Of a stretch of DNA of 64,000 bases, positions 56,073-64,000 are shown one piece after another. How positions within the stretch are numbered: position 1 is the first letter of the stretch; each line of letters opens with the position of its first letter. The position numbers and the translations under genes are program-made. A model generated the notes under the pieces. That model ran no database searches. It had not been told where the DNA came from and saw only the letters and a program-made list of their open reading frames with translations. Origin of the DNA: Candidatus Iainarchaeum sp. Its GTDB lineage: Archaea > Iainarchaeota > Iainarchaeia > Iainarchaeales > DTGL01. The DNA lies in the NCBI GenBank assembly GCA_026413945.1, contig JAOAJX010000001.1:1-64000 (forward strand). Direction: 5' to 3'.

Positions 56073-57437
56073 ATGGACGGAAAAATAGAAAAGATAATCG
56101 AGAGAGTTTCAAGTAAAATCACTCCAAATGAAGAGGAAAAGAATAAAGAGCTTGAAGTAGTTAGAAAGATGATAAAAAGAATTTCTGGCCTTAGAGAAGA
56201 TGTAAAGGCTTTACTTTGCGGTTCTTTAGCGAGAGATACACACTTAAAAGGAGAGAGAGACCTTGACATATTTGTGCTTTTCAATAAACATATGCCAAAA
56301 GAAGAGTTTGAAAAAGAGGGTATAAAAATTGGGCTCGAAGCTCTTGCTGGTTACGAGCATTGGTTAGAATATAGTGAACATCCCTATGTCAAAGGCATAG
56401 TTGATGGTTATGAAGTTGAGATTGTTCCTTGTTATAAGGTAGATGCTGCATGTGAGCTTAAGAGTTCTGTGGATAGATCACCTTTTCATGCAAAGTTCTT
56501 GAAGAGAAAGTTAAAGCCTGAACAAAAAAAAGAAGCACGTCTCTTGAAAGCTTTTATGAAAGGAGTTGGCTGTTATGGCGCAGACATATCTACAGAGGGC
56601 TTTTCAGGATATCTTACAGAGCTATTAATATTAAAGTACGGAGATTTTATAAGCTGTGTAAAAGCAGCATCTAATTGGAGGCCTGGCATAAAAGTGGCAC
56701 TAGAAGAAAGGCATTCGCGGAAGTGTAAAGCGATTGGCAATCTTGTCTTTCCAGATCCGACAGATCCGAAAAGGAACGTTGCCTCAGCTGTGAGTTTAGA
56801 GCAATTTGCAAGGTTTGTTGCTGCAAGCAAATCATTTCTTAAAAAACCTTCAGAAAAATTCTTTTTTGGTCAGAAAAAGCAAAAAGTAAGCAAAGCTGAT
56901 GCCTTAAGAAAACTAAAGAAGCATAACTTGGTAGTTGTTAAAATATGCCTCAAATCACTTGAAGGACATGACACGATACTTGGGCAAATGAAAAGGTTCA
57001 AAAACCTGGTGTCTGGCTGGCTAAAAAGAAATGGTTTTATGGTATTGAATGAAGAGATAATCAACTTAGAAAATACAGTATACTGTGCAATTGAAGTTGA
57101 AGAAAAAAAGCTGGGCAAATTCAAGAAGATTGTGGGGCCACCAGTGTTTGATGAAAAAAATGTAGCAGCCTTCCTCAAAAAGCACAAAAAAATTGTTTCT
57201 GGTCCAAGGATAGAGAATGATCGCGTGGTTATTGTTGAGGAAGCCAAGGGAAGAATAGATTACCTCGTAGCAAAAGAGGTTGTTGATTTTCTTTCAAAAA
57301 GAGGCAAAGAACCGCTAAAATCGCTCTTGAAAAGCGCAAAAGTGCTTGAGGGAAAAACACTTATCAGGGAGTTGGAAAAAAGCAACTTCAGGGAAGCGCT
57401 ACTTGAGTTTGTCATTGGCAAAGAGGTTTTCTTTTAG
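56073..57437 (+). CDS. cca: CCA-adding tRNA nucleotidyltransferase (archaeal class I)
   Basis: GSLARDTHL..DLDIF, EHPYV, VDRSPFH, GFSGYLTELL, DPTDPKRNVA. Confidence 0.96.
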   Translation: MDGKIEKIIERVSSKITPNEEEKNKELEVVRKMIKRISGLREDVKALLCGSLARDTHLKGERDLDIFVLFNKHMPKEEFEKEGIKIGLEALAGYEHWLEYSEHPYVKGIVDGYEVEIVPCYKVDAACELKSSVDRSPFHAKFLKRKLKPEQKKEARLLKAFMKGVGCYGADISTEGFSGYLTELLILKYGDFISCVKAASNWRPGIKVALEERHSRKCKAIGNLVFPDPTDPKRNVASAVSLEQFARFVAASKSFLKKPSEKFFFGQKKQKVSKADALRKLKKHNLVVVKICLKSLEGHDTILGQMKRFKNLVSGWLKRNGFMVLNEEIINLENTVYCAIEVEEKKLGKFKKIVGPPVFDEKNVAAFLKKHKKIVSGPRIENDRVVIVEEAKGRIDYLVAKEVVDFLSKRGKEPLKSLLKSAKVLEGKTLIRELEKSNFREALLEFVIGKEVFF

Positions 57438-57449
57438 TTTTATTTTTTA

Positions 57450-57544
57450 TGGCCCCGGGGGGGTTCGAACCCTCAACCTGCCGGTATCTTCAAATTAAAG
57501 GAGCTTCCGAAGCCGGCTGCTCTATCCTATTGAGCTACGGGGCC
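57450..57544 (-). tRNA. tRNA-Arg(TCG) with 21-nt intron at 37/38 (57486-57506)
   Basis: Acceptor stem GGCCCCG/CGGGGCC; anticodon stem GCCGG/CCGGC; CTTC/GAAG BHB central helix. Confidence 0.92.
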
Positions 57545-57607
57545 TGTCGAACTATTTAAAAATATAGTGTTAAAAGAATTAATAATTACTGCTACTTAGG
57601 TGAAAAT

Positions 57608-57763
57608 ATGAAAAAATGTGGAACTTGCAACGTTAGCGTTACTAATGACTATGTGGAGTTTAAATGCCCAAACTGCCTAAAGGCAACCATAATAAGGTGT
57701 GACGGCTGCAGAAAAAAAGGCAAGCTTTACAAATGCCGTGAGTGTGGATTTGTTGGTCCTTAA
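57608..57763 (+). CDS. Zn-ribbon RNA-binding protein (DUF1610/COG2888 type; not in ORF track)
   Basis: MKKCGTCNVSVTNDYVEFKCPNCLKATIIRCDGCRKKGKLYKCRECGFVGP; GGTGA RBS; usual position upstream of aEF-1beta. Confidence 0.92.
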   Translation: MKKCGTCNVSVTNDYVEFKCPNCLKATIIRCDGCRKKGKLYKCRECGFVGP

Positions 57764-57780
57764 AACCAAAAGGTGATTTT

Positions 57781-58038
57781 ATGGCAGAAAACATAGCTGT
57801 TTATAGGATAATGCCAGAAGAGCCGGGTTATGAAAATGAAATAAAGAAAAAGCTTACAGGCATTAAGGTTGCGAATCTTAAAGATATTAAAATAGAGCCA
57901 TTTGCCTTTGGCATAAATGCAATAAATGCTGTTTTTGTTTTAGAGGAGCGCGAAGGTGCTCTGGATACTCTTGAAGAAGAAATAAAAAAAATAAAGCATG
58001 TAAGTGATGTTCGCCTTGAGCATATAAGTAGGATATGA
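57781..58038 (+). CDS. ef1b: Translation elongation factor aEF-1beta
   Basis: YRIMPE, EPFAFGI, LEEEIKKI..VS; ATG 57781 behind GGTGA. Confidence 0.92.
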   Translation: MAENIAVYRIMPEEPGYENEIKKKLTGIKVANLKDIKIEPFAFGINAINAVFVLEEREGALDTLEEEIKKIKHVSDVRLEHISRI

Positions 58039-58078
58039 ATGAATTGTAATTTAAAGAATAATTTATAACAATGTTTTT

Positions 58079-60469
58079 ATGATAAAGAAAGTTTTAATTG
58101 AAAATTGGCGCTCACACAAAAGAACCGAGCTAGAATTTGGGAAGGGTAGCAACGTCTTAATAGGGCGCATGGGTGCTGGAAAAAGCAGCGTATTGAATGC
58201 TATTTGTTTCGCTTTTTTTGGCACATATCCTGAGTTGCAACGCAGAGAAACTAACGTTGAAAATATAATCATGAGCAGGCCTAACAAACAAGATTATGCA
58301 AGGGTTGTACTTGACTTTAGCTTTGATGGCAAAAACTATTCTATTGAGAGAAAAATCTACTCTGGCAGCAAGATAAATGAGGCTAAGCTATGCTGTGAGG
58401 GAAAACTTATTGCTGGGCCAAAAGTAAGCGATGTTAACAACGAAATTGAGAAAAGGTTGGGTATTGATTATGAACTTTTCAGCCGTGCGATGTACGCGGA
58501 ACAAAATAATATCGATTATATATTAAAGCTTACTCCAAATGAGAGGAAGATCAGATTTGATCAGTTGCTCGACCTAGAAAAATATGAGAAAGTAAGAAAA
58601 AATGCAGTTACTCTGAGAAACACTCTCAAAGCACTCTCAGAAGACAGAAAGGCAGCCCTTTCTGAGATTAAAGCAATGTTCTCAGAGTCTGATCTTTTGG
58701 CGCTTCAGAGAGAGGTTGAAGAGCTTAAAAAGTTGATTGAACAAAAACAGGCATTGCTAAGAGATATTGAAAAAGAGGTTGAAAAAGCAAAGGAAGATAT
58801 GAATGAGATTATTGAAAAGCAGAAAAAGTATTCGAAACTAAAAGATGAAATAGCACAGCTCAAAGGGCGCATTTCAATGCTTAAGAAAGAAATTGAAAGG
58901 AATGAAAAAATAGTCGGTACAAGCGTTGCTAATCTAAAAAAAGATTCTGTCGAAGCAAAGATTTCCAGTCTAGAAGGTAAGAAAAAAGATCTTGCAAAAA
59001 AAACGGATGAGCTAAATGAGATCAGAGCAAAAATTAGGGAGAGAAAAGCAAGGTTGACGAGTATAATGGAAGAAAACGAACGCTTGAAAGCTGCGATGCC
59101 AAAAGACGCTGCAAGCCCTGAACAAATCATTGAAAAGCTGAAATACAATGAAAAAGTATTTTTTGAGATTGAGTCAGAAATTAAATCTTTAAAGAAAGAG
59201 ACGGTAAAAAGCGAAGAGGAGCTAACAAAAATTAAAGAAAGAGTAGAGGTAGAAAAAAACAAAATTTATGAAGCTCAGGAAAAAATAAAGGCCTTGGAAA
59301 AAGCAGGGGCTTTGTGCCCAACATGTAGCCAGAAGCTTACTGATGAACACAAAAAAAGATTGCTAAAAGAATTCAATAAAATAATTGAGGACACGAACTC
59401 GAAAATAAAAAGTGCAACTGAAATTTCAGAAAAAATCTCTGAGAAAATTAAAGTCTATGAGAATAGATATGACGAGGCTAGCAAAAAGCAGAAGGCACTT
59501 ATTGAAGAAAAGGCTTATTTGCAGAGCCTTAATGAAAAAGCCAAGAGAATACAAGAAAACGAAAATGCTTTGGCTGGTCTTGTTGGCGAGATTTCTGAAC
59601 TAGAGTCAAAAGAAAGAGGCTTTGTTGATATCAGGACAGAGCTTGAAGACCTACAAATAAAGTTGGATTGTGCTAAAGTCGAGCTTGAACTCACAAATTA
59701 TGCTGGTATGCTCACAGAAAGTGAAGAAAAATTAGCACTTGTAGAGAAAGAAATTTTTTCACTGGGATTTGATGAATCGAAAGCGCTCGATATAAAAGCA
59801 AATTTTGAGAGAAAAAATGCTGAAAAACGGGCTTTAGAAGATGCTATAGACTCTAGCAAATCTATTTTGGCTGAGAAAAAGCGCAGGCAGGATGAGTTGG
59901 AAAGAAGAAGTCAACAGATTAAAGCTCTAGAAGGCAAAATAACTGCGAGCGAGATGATGGCTGAGAAGATCCTGCTATTCATAAATGCAATCAAGTCAGC
60001 TCAGGCTGAGCTTAGGGAAACACTTATAGATGCTATAAATCAAGCCATGAATCAGCTTTGGACGAGCATATATCCTTATAGCGATTATTCTGAAATAAGG
60101 CTTTCTGCCTCTGAAACTTATGAGCTCATGGTAAAAAGCAATGGTAATTGGATAAGCGTACAAGGTAATCTTAGCGGTGGTGAGACAAGCGTCGCTGCTT
60201 TGGTTCTCAGGATTTCAACGTCACTCGTTCTTGCCAGGAGCTTAAGGGTTCTTATACTTGATGAACCAACACACAATCTTGATGAAAGAACTATTGAAGT
60301 TTTAAGTGGTTTGGTAAAGGAAATACTTCCGAGATTTGTGGAGCAAATATTTCTTATAACACATGAGAGAGGCATGGAAAAAGCGGCAAGTGCAACATTG
60401 TATATGTTAAGCAAAGATGAGGAGCATGGAAATGTTACAAAAGCAGAGCTTATCTCTTTGATTTCTTAG
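58079..60469 (+). CDS. rad50: Rad50 DNA double-strand break repair ATPase
   Basis: NWRSH, GRMGAGKSS, Q-loop, coiled coil with CPTC zinc hook, LSGGE, LILDEPT, ITH. Confidence 0.9.
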   Translation: MIKKVLIENWRSHKRTELEFGKGSNVLIGRMGAGKSSVLNAICFAFFGTYPELQRRETNVENIIMSRPNKQDYARVVLDFSFDGKNYSIERKIYSGSKINEAKLCCEGKLIAGPKVSDVNNEIEKRLGIDYELFSRAMYAEQNNIDYILKLTPNERKIRFDQLLDLEKYEKVRKNAVTLRNTLKALSEDRKAALSEIKAMFSESDLLALQREVEELKKLIEQKQALLRDIEKEVEKAKEDMNEIIEKQKKYSKLKDEIAQLKGRISMLKKEIERNEKIVGTSVANLKKDSVEAKISSLEGKKKDLAKKTDELNEIRAKIRERKARLTSIMEENERLKAAMPKDAASPEQIIEKLKYNEKVFFEIESEIKSLKKETVKSEEELTKIKERVEVEKNKIYEAQEKIKALEKAGALCPTCSQKLTDEHKKRLLKEFNKIIEDTNSKIKSATEISEKISEKIKVYENRYDEASKKQKALIEEKAYLQSLNEKAKRIQENENALAGLVGEISELESKERGFVDIRTELEDLQIKLDCAKVELELTNYAGMLTESEEKLALVEKEIFSLGFDESKALDIKANFERKNAEKRALEDAIDSSKSILAEKKRRQDELERRSQQIKALEGKITASEMMAEKILLFINAIKSAQAELRETLIDAINQAMNQLWTSIYPYSDYSEIRLSASETYELMVKSNGNWISVQGNLSGGETSVAALVLRISTSLVLARSLRVLILDEPTHNLDERTIEVLSGLVKEILPRFVEQIFLITHERGMEKAASATLYMLSKDEEHGNVTKAELISLIS

Positions 60470-60669
60470 CTCGTTTCTTTTGTTTGTGATAGTTTAATAA
60501 GCCTTGCGATGTAGCTAGCAGTTAGGTTTATTTCAAGTTTGGTAAGCTGAACTCCAAGATCTTTTAAAGAGGCCTTATTTTTTTCAAAATCAGTGGAAAA
60601 TTTGTTAGGATATAGTTCAAGAAGCTCTTTTGCTCTGTTTTTTATTATCCTAGGAACTGCTTTGCCCAT
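60466..60669 (-). CDS. rps17e: 30S ribosomal protein eS17
   Basis: MGK....IK..A.ELL..YP..FS.DFE.NK..N..A.YI. Confidence 0.92.
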   Translation of the reverse strand: MGKAVPRIIKNRAKELLELYPNKFSTDFEKNKASLKDLGVQLTKLEINLTASYIARLIKLSQTKETS

Positions 60670-60677
60670 AAAATCAC

Positions 60678-60881
60678 CTAAATTTCAACTTTTTCAAAAG
60701 TGCCATCAGCATATGTCCTTATCACTGCTATTGGCAAAACTTTCTGTTCAAACTCTTTCTTTGCTACGCTTATTGATGTTTCATCCTTATCTGGTTTTAT
60801 TAGTGGTGGCGCACCTAATGATAATTGTAGTGCACGCGCACCAATAATTCTTGCAATTTCAAATCTTGTGAGCTTTTTCAT
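60678..60881 (-). CDS. rpoK: RNA polymerase subunit K (Rpo6)
   Basis: TRFEIARIIGARALQLSLGAP. Confidence 0.96.
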   Translation of the reverse strand: MKKLTRFEIARIIGARALQLSLGAPPLIKPDKDETSISVAKKEFEQKVLPIAVIRTYADGTFEKVEI

Positions 60882-60975
60882 GGGAACACCGCTAAAAGCA
60901 GATAATATTGAGATGTGTGTGGAAAGGATTAAAAAATTATATTTTTGGTATTTATGCTACAAAAATCGTAAAAAG

Positions 60976-62511
60976 TTAGAGAAAAGAATGTGCTTCATTA
61001 TCGGATTCTAACTTATTCTTCTCAAATTTAATCGCTGCTTCCTCAAGCGTTTGCTCATGCTTTGAAGGCATTGAGCGCCTTTTTCTTACCTTAAAAAATA
61101 AAGGGTAGCCAACAGCCTCACCTATGAGGAGCGCTTCTCCGACATGAAGAGAAGTTATCATGTCCATGCTGATTTGATCTATAGCTTCTGCTGACTGAGC
61201 AATATGTTTGAGATCATAGGGGTTTGTTATCCTGAGGATTATCTTTGTGTTGCATTGACTTAGTGCAGTAGTATCTAGTTGCACAGGTCTTTGTGATATA
61301 AGACAAAGACACGCACCGAACTTGCGCCCTTCTCTAGCAATAGTTCTTATTATGCTACGTGAGATGGCATTCTCTTCCTTTGTCTTTTCTGGGCAAAATT
61401 GATGGCTTTCTTCTATAATGAGTAAGAAGGGCGGAATTTTACCTTTGCATCTCAGACTGAAAAGTTCCTGTGAAAAATAGCAGAGTATCATCTGCTTTTT
61501 TCTCACATCAATAATGTCAGAGAGGTCAACTACTGTTAGCTTACCAGCTTGTGCTATGTTGCTCAAACCTGGCGAGTCTGTCTTTGAAAAAAGGTGCATT
61601 GCATCTAATTCCTCTAGCCATGACAATAGGGCTTCTTTTGTGTTTTCCTGAATTTTGGAATCTTTAATCTCTTTTATCAGATCTTTTAAGTCAAAGGGAC
61701 CGGATCCATCATGCATTTCCTCTTTCAGCTTTAAGAAAGTTTTATCAAAAGTTCTGCGCTGTACTGTGCTAAGGCTTGAAGCAATTATTGAAATTACTCT
61801 TGGACTTAAGTTTGATACTCCAATTCTTATGTTTGATCCTTTAATAAGAACAGTTTTGCTGCTATAATCAGTATAACCTTTTTCTGCTGGCTCAGCAAAG
61901 CTAGTATATTCTCCATGCGGATCGAAGACAACACAAGCGATTCTTCCAAGGTCTTTTTTTCTGTCTAATAGCTCTTCAAAAAGCACAGATGCACAATATG
62001 ATTTTCCTGCACCGCTTATACTCAATATTGCAAGGTGCTTTTTTAGCAATTTTGTCATGTTCAGTATTACTGGCAAATTATTTGCTTCAACATCGCCCAA
62101 ATACAAGCCATTTTTATCCATTTGATAAAAGCTTTCCAAAAGCGAATTATCCGCAGAATAAACCTTGCTTCCTGGCATGGGTGGCACATATACTCTTTTG
62201 GCTTTTTCTTCTGAGAAAATACTGAGAAGCTTTGCTTCTGCAACAGTATACTCCCATTCGCTTGTTGGAAATTGCTCAAGAATTGAAGTTCCTCGCAGCT
62301 CAAATTCCTTAACTGAGTCAGCCCTCTCGAAGTATTTATTTGTTTTGTAGATACTCACAACAAGTGAAAGAATAGTGCCTTCTGGAGAGTTGATTTTAAC
62401 AAACTGTCCTTTTCTCACTTCTTTTGAGGTTAAGACGAAACAAAAGCGCTCAGTGTTGGGTGAATCTGGGGTAGATATTACAATGCCGAGATAATCTTCA
62501 TTCGCGTTCAT
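60976..62511 (-). CDS. herA: HerA helicase/translocase
   Basis: HAS barrel, HLAILSISGAGKS, FDPHGEY, IEESH, REGRKFG, SQRP, SQCNT. Confidence 0.93.
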   Translation of the reverse strand: MNANEDYLGIVISTPDSPNTERFCFVLTSKEVRKGQFVKINSPEGTILSLVVSIYKTNKYFERADSVKEFELRGTSILEQFPTSEWEYTVAEAKLLSIFSEEKAKRVYVPPMPGSKVYSADNSLLESFYQMDKNGLYLGDVEANNLPVILNMTKLLKKHLAILSISGAGKSYCASVLFEELLDRKKDLGRIACVVFDPHGEYTSFAEPAEKGYTDYSSKTVLIKGSNIRIGVSNLSPRVISIIASSLSTVQRRTFDKTFLKLKEEMHDGSGPFDLKDLIKEIKDSKIQENTKEALLSWLEELDAMHLFSKTDSPGLSNIAQAGKLTVVDLSDIIDVRKKQMILCYFSQELFSLRCKGKIPPFLLIIEESHQFCPEKTKEENAISRSIIRTIAREGRKFGACLCLISQRPVQLDTTALSQCNTKIILRITNPYDLKHIAQSAEAIDQISMDMITSLHVGEALLIGEAVGYPLFFKVRKRRSMPSKHEQTLEEAAIKFEKNKLESDNEAHSFL

Positions 62512-62524
62512 AAGACCACAAACA

Positions 62525-63583
62525 TCAATCAAATGGGCGCCTATTCCTCCTCAATCCAAGCACGTTTGGGCGTATTTTGCAAAATAGTCTATCAATAACT
62601 GCTTGAACTTCTTCGGGTTTCAGGCGTGCGTGAAGATCTGCTTCAAGCAACACTGAAGGATAACTGTATTCACGGTGTCCTTTGCTAAGAAGGTAAGCAA
62701 TACTAGCCGCATTTTCAACGCAACTACTTAAGTTTTCTTTTGAGTTTGCTAAAATTTCGACTCTTAAAGGAACATCATGTTTGCTTGGTCTTATATAAAA
62801 AACAAATATTTTTTCGCAGAATTCTTTTTTTATATCCTTAAGCACTGGGTGCTTAGATGGGTTTTTTGAGTATGGGAAAGCAAACGTGCGTTCTCCCTCT
62901 TCCATAATGTAGCTCAAAAGTGTTGTATCATACACTGGTTCTTCTGAATGTAGCTCTAAGGTATCCTGAAGCATCGTACCTTTTGAATCTTCAACGCAGG
63001 CAACAAGCAATACTTCGTAACTAAGAGAACATTCGTAAAGCTCCTGAAAAAGAGATAGGGTTTTTTCGTAAAGTGGTTTTAGGCAAGAGTTTTTTCCTGG
63101 TTTATCTGCACTTTGTGGAACTATTGAGCCATCAAGAAAGCAAAAATCTGGCCTGAATTGCTTGATTGTATCACAAGCCAAATTTGCTTCCTTTGTAAGG
63201 CGCAGTAGGCTTTTGTTAACCGAAATATCTTCGTTTTGCATTGCTTTTGTACAAATTATTGGCTCTGGCAAGGGAATGGCTTTAGGCAAATATTCGGCAC
63301 GCTCTAAAGAATTATTCTTGTAAGTAAAAACAGCAGCAATAGCTCTGATAAGAACAATCTCCAATGTTGATAAGCTTAGATTTGTGAAACCTGAGTCAAC
63401 GCCAGCAACTTTTGCGCTTAGTCTTTGCTCTTTTATAGGAATGAAAAGTTCTTTATCTGGTAAAGATAACTTATGAATTCTATTTGTTGAATCAAAAAGT
63501 TTTGAAGCCAATGACTTAATCTTGTTTTCTTGTTCTTTTATTAAAAAAATTGCACGATTCAATGTTTCTTCAAAGCATAGCAT
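62525..63583 (-). CDS. nurA: NurA 5'-3' nuclease
   Basis: AGVDSG, LDGS, PLRVE, YPSVLLEAD..AR; directly upstream of herA. Confidence 0.9.
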   Translation of the reverse strand: MLCFEETLNRAIFLIKEQENKIKSLASKLFDSTNRIHKLSLPDKELFIPIKEQRLSAKVAGVDSGFTNLSLSTLEIVLIRAIAAVFTYKNNSLERAEYLPKAIPLPEPIICTKAMQNEDISVNKSLLRLTKEANLACDTIKQFRPDFCFLDGSIVPQSADKPGKNSCLKPLYEKTLSLFQELYECSLSYEVLLVACVEDSKGTMLQDTLELHSEEPVYDTTLLSYIMEEGERTFAFPYSKNPSKHPVLKDIKKEFCEKIFVFYIRPSKHDVPLRVEILANSKENLSSCVENAASIAYLLSKGHREYSYPSVLLEADLHARLKPEEVQAVIDRLFCKIRPNVLGLRRNRRPFD

Positions 63584-63643
63584 AAGATAAATCACACCAT
63601 GAAGATTTTTTTAAGATTGCTTGGCTTGTTTTCCAGTGAATTT

Positions 63644-64000
63644 TTATCGCTTTGTTATCTTGATCAAAACCCTTTTGTTGCTTGTGCCAACATTTTCAAT
63701 TAGAAGTGTGTGCGTTCCTGGGCCAAGATGAAGGTTGCTGTTTATATCGATTGTTGATTTTGAATAATCTAGGCCTGTTTGCACCTTATATACGCTTTCA
63801 GAAGGATAACAAAAAACAGGGTTAATTCTCTTCAGAAATTCGCCTTCTCTGAAAGCATAACGGTTCTTTTCAATAGAATTGTAAGTGCAAGGTCCAAAAA
63901 CGAAGAAAAACTCTTTTCCGTAACCTGGTGTCCAAAAATGAGTTGCATAGAGGTTGAATATATTTGGATTAACATTGGTTATATTTATTTCATAACAGGA
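63644..64000 (-). CDS. C-terminal part of a hypothetical, probably extracellular protein (start outside the window)
   Basis: Open frame from 64000 ending ...LHLGPGTHTLLIENVGTSNKRVLIKITKR*. Confidence 0.6.
   Translation of the reverse strand, partial: SCYEINITNVNPNIFNLYATHFWTPGYGKEFFFVFGPCTYNSIEKNRYAFREGEFLKRINPVFCYPSESVYKVQTGLDYSKSTIDINSNLHLGPGTHTLLIENVGTSNKRVLIKITKR

Noticed and set aside
2730-62350. Numerous 60-200 aa ORFs in the track overlapping recognised genes
   Set aside because: Antisense or out-of-frame shadows with no motifs or RBS support.
60976-63583. HerA-based anti-phage system
   Set aside because: The partner is a canonical NurA with Rad50 nearby, which fits housekeeping end resection.

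Overview
Gene-dense, AT-rich archaeal chromosome segment. Archaeal markers include MCM, RFC-S, Rpo6, eL15, eS17, aEF-1beta, the archaeal CCA enzyme, NurA/HerA/Rad50 and BHB-type tRNA introns. Shuffled gene order, bacterial-type ThrRS/MetRS/GpmI and many pilins suggest a DPANN lineage, possibly Iainarchaeota/Diapherotrites-like (inference). Most of the window is housekeeping: replication/repair, translation, tRNA modification and four tRNAs (Ser-CGA and Arg-UCG with introns, Ala-GGC, Val-GAC). The dominant accessory feature is a distributed type IV pilus system. It has a core operon (CpaF/TadA ATPase, two TadB/C platform proteins, EppA-like peptidase, six pilins, three of them too short for the ORF track), a separate four-gene minor-pilin cassette, an orphan second ATPase, a DUF2101 gene, and a large Ig-repeat pilin-adhesin downstream of a KaiC-like ATPase and an Lrp regulator. 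Other candidate novelties are a three-gene wHTH / CARF-like / membrane PD-(D/E)xK nuclease module, a DUF2226-MinD-Lsm-long coiled-coil cluster, a membrane OB-fold/TctA-like cassette, an Lrp-type operator facing a hairpin sRNA or micropeptide, and a basic microprotein behind tRNA-Ser. No CRISPR array, rRNA, transposase or integrase was seen. All calls come from motif recognition by eye; no database searches were run.
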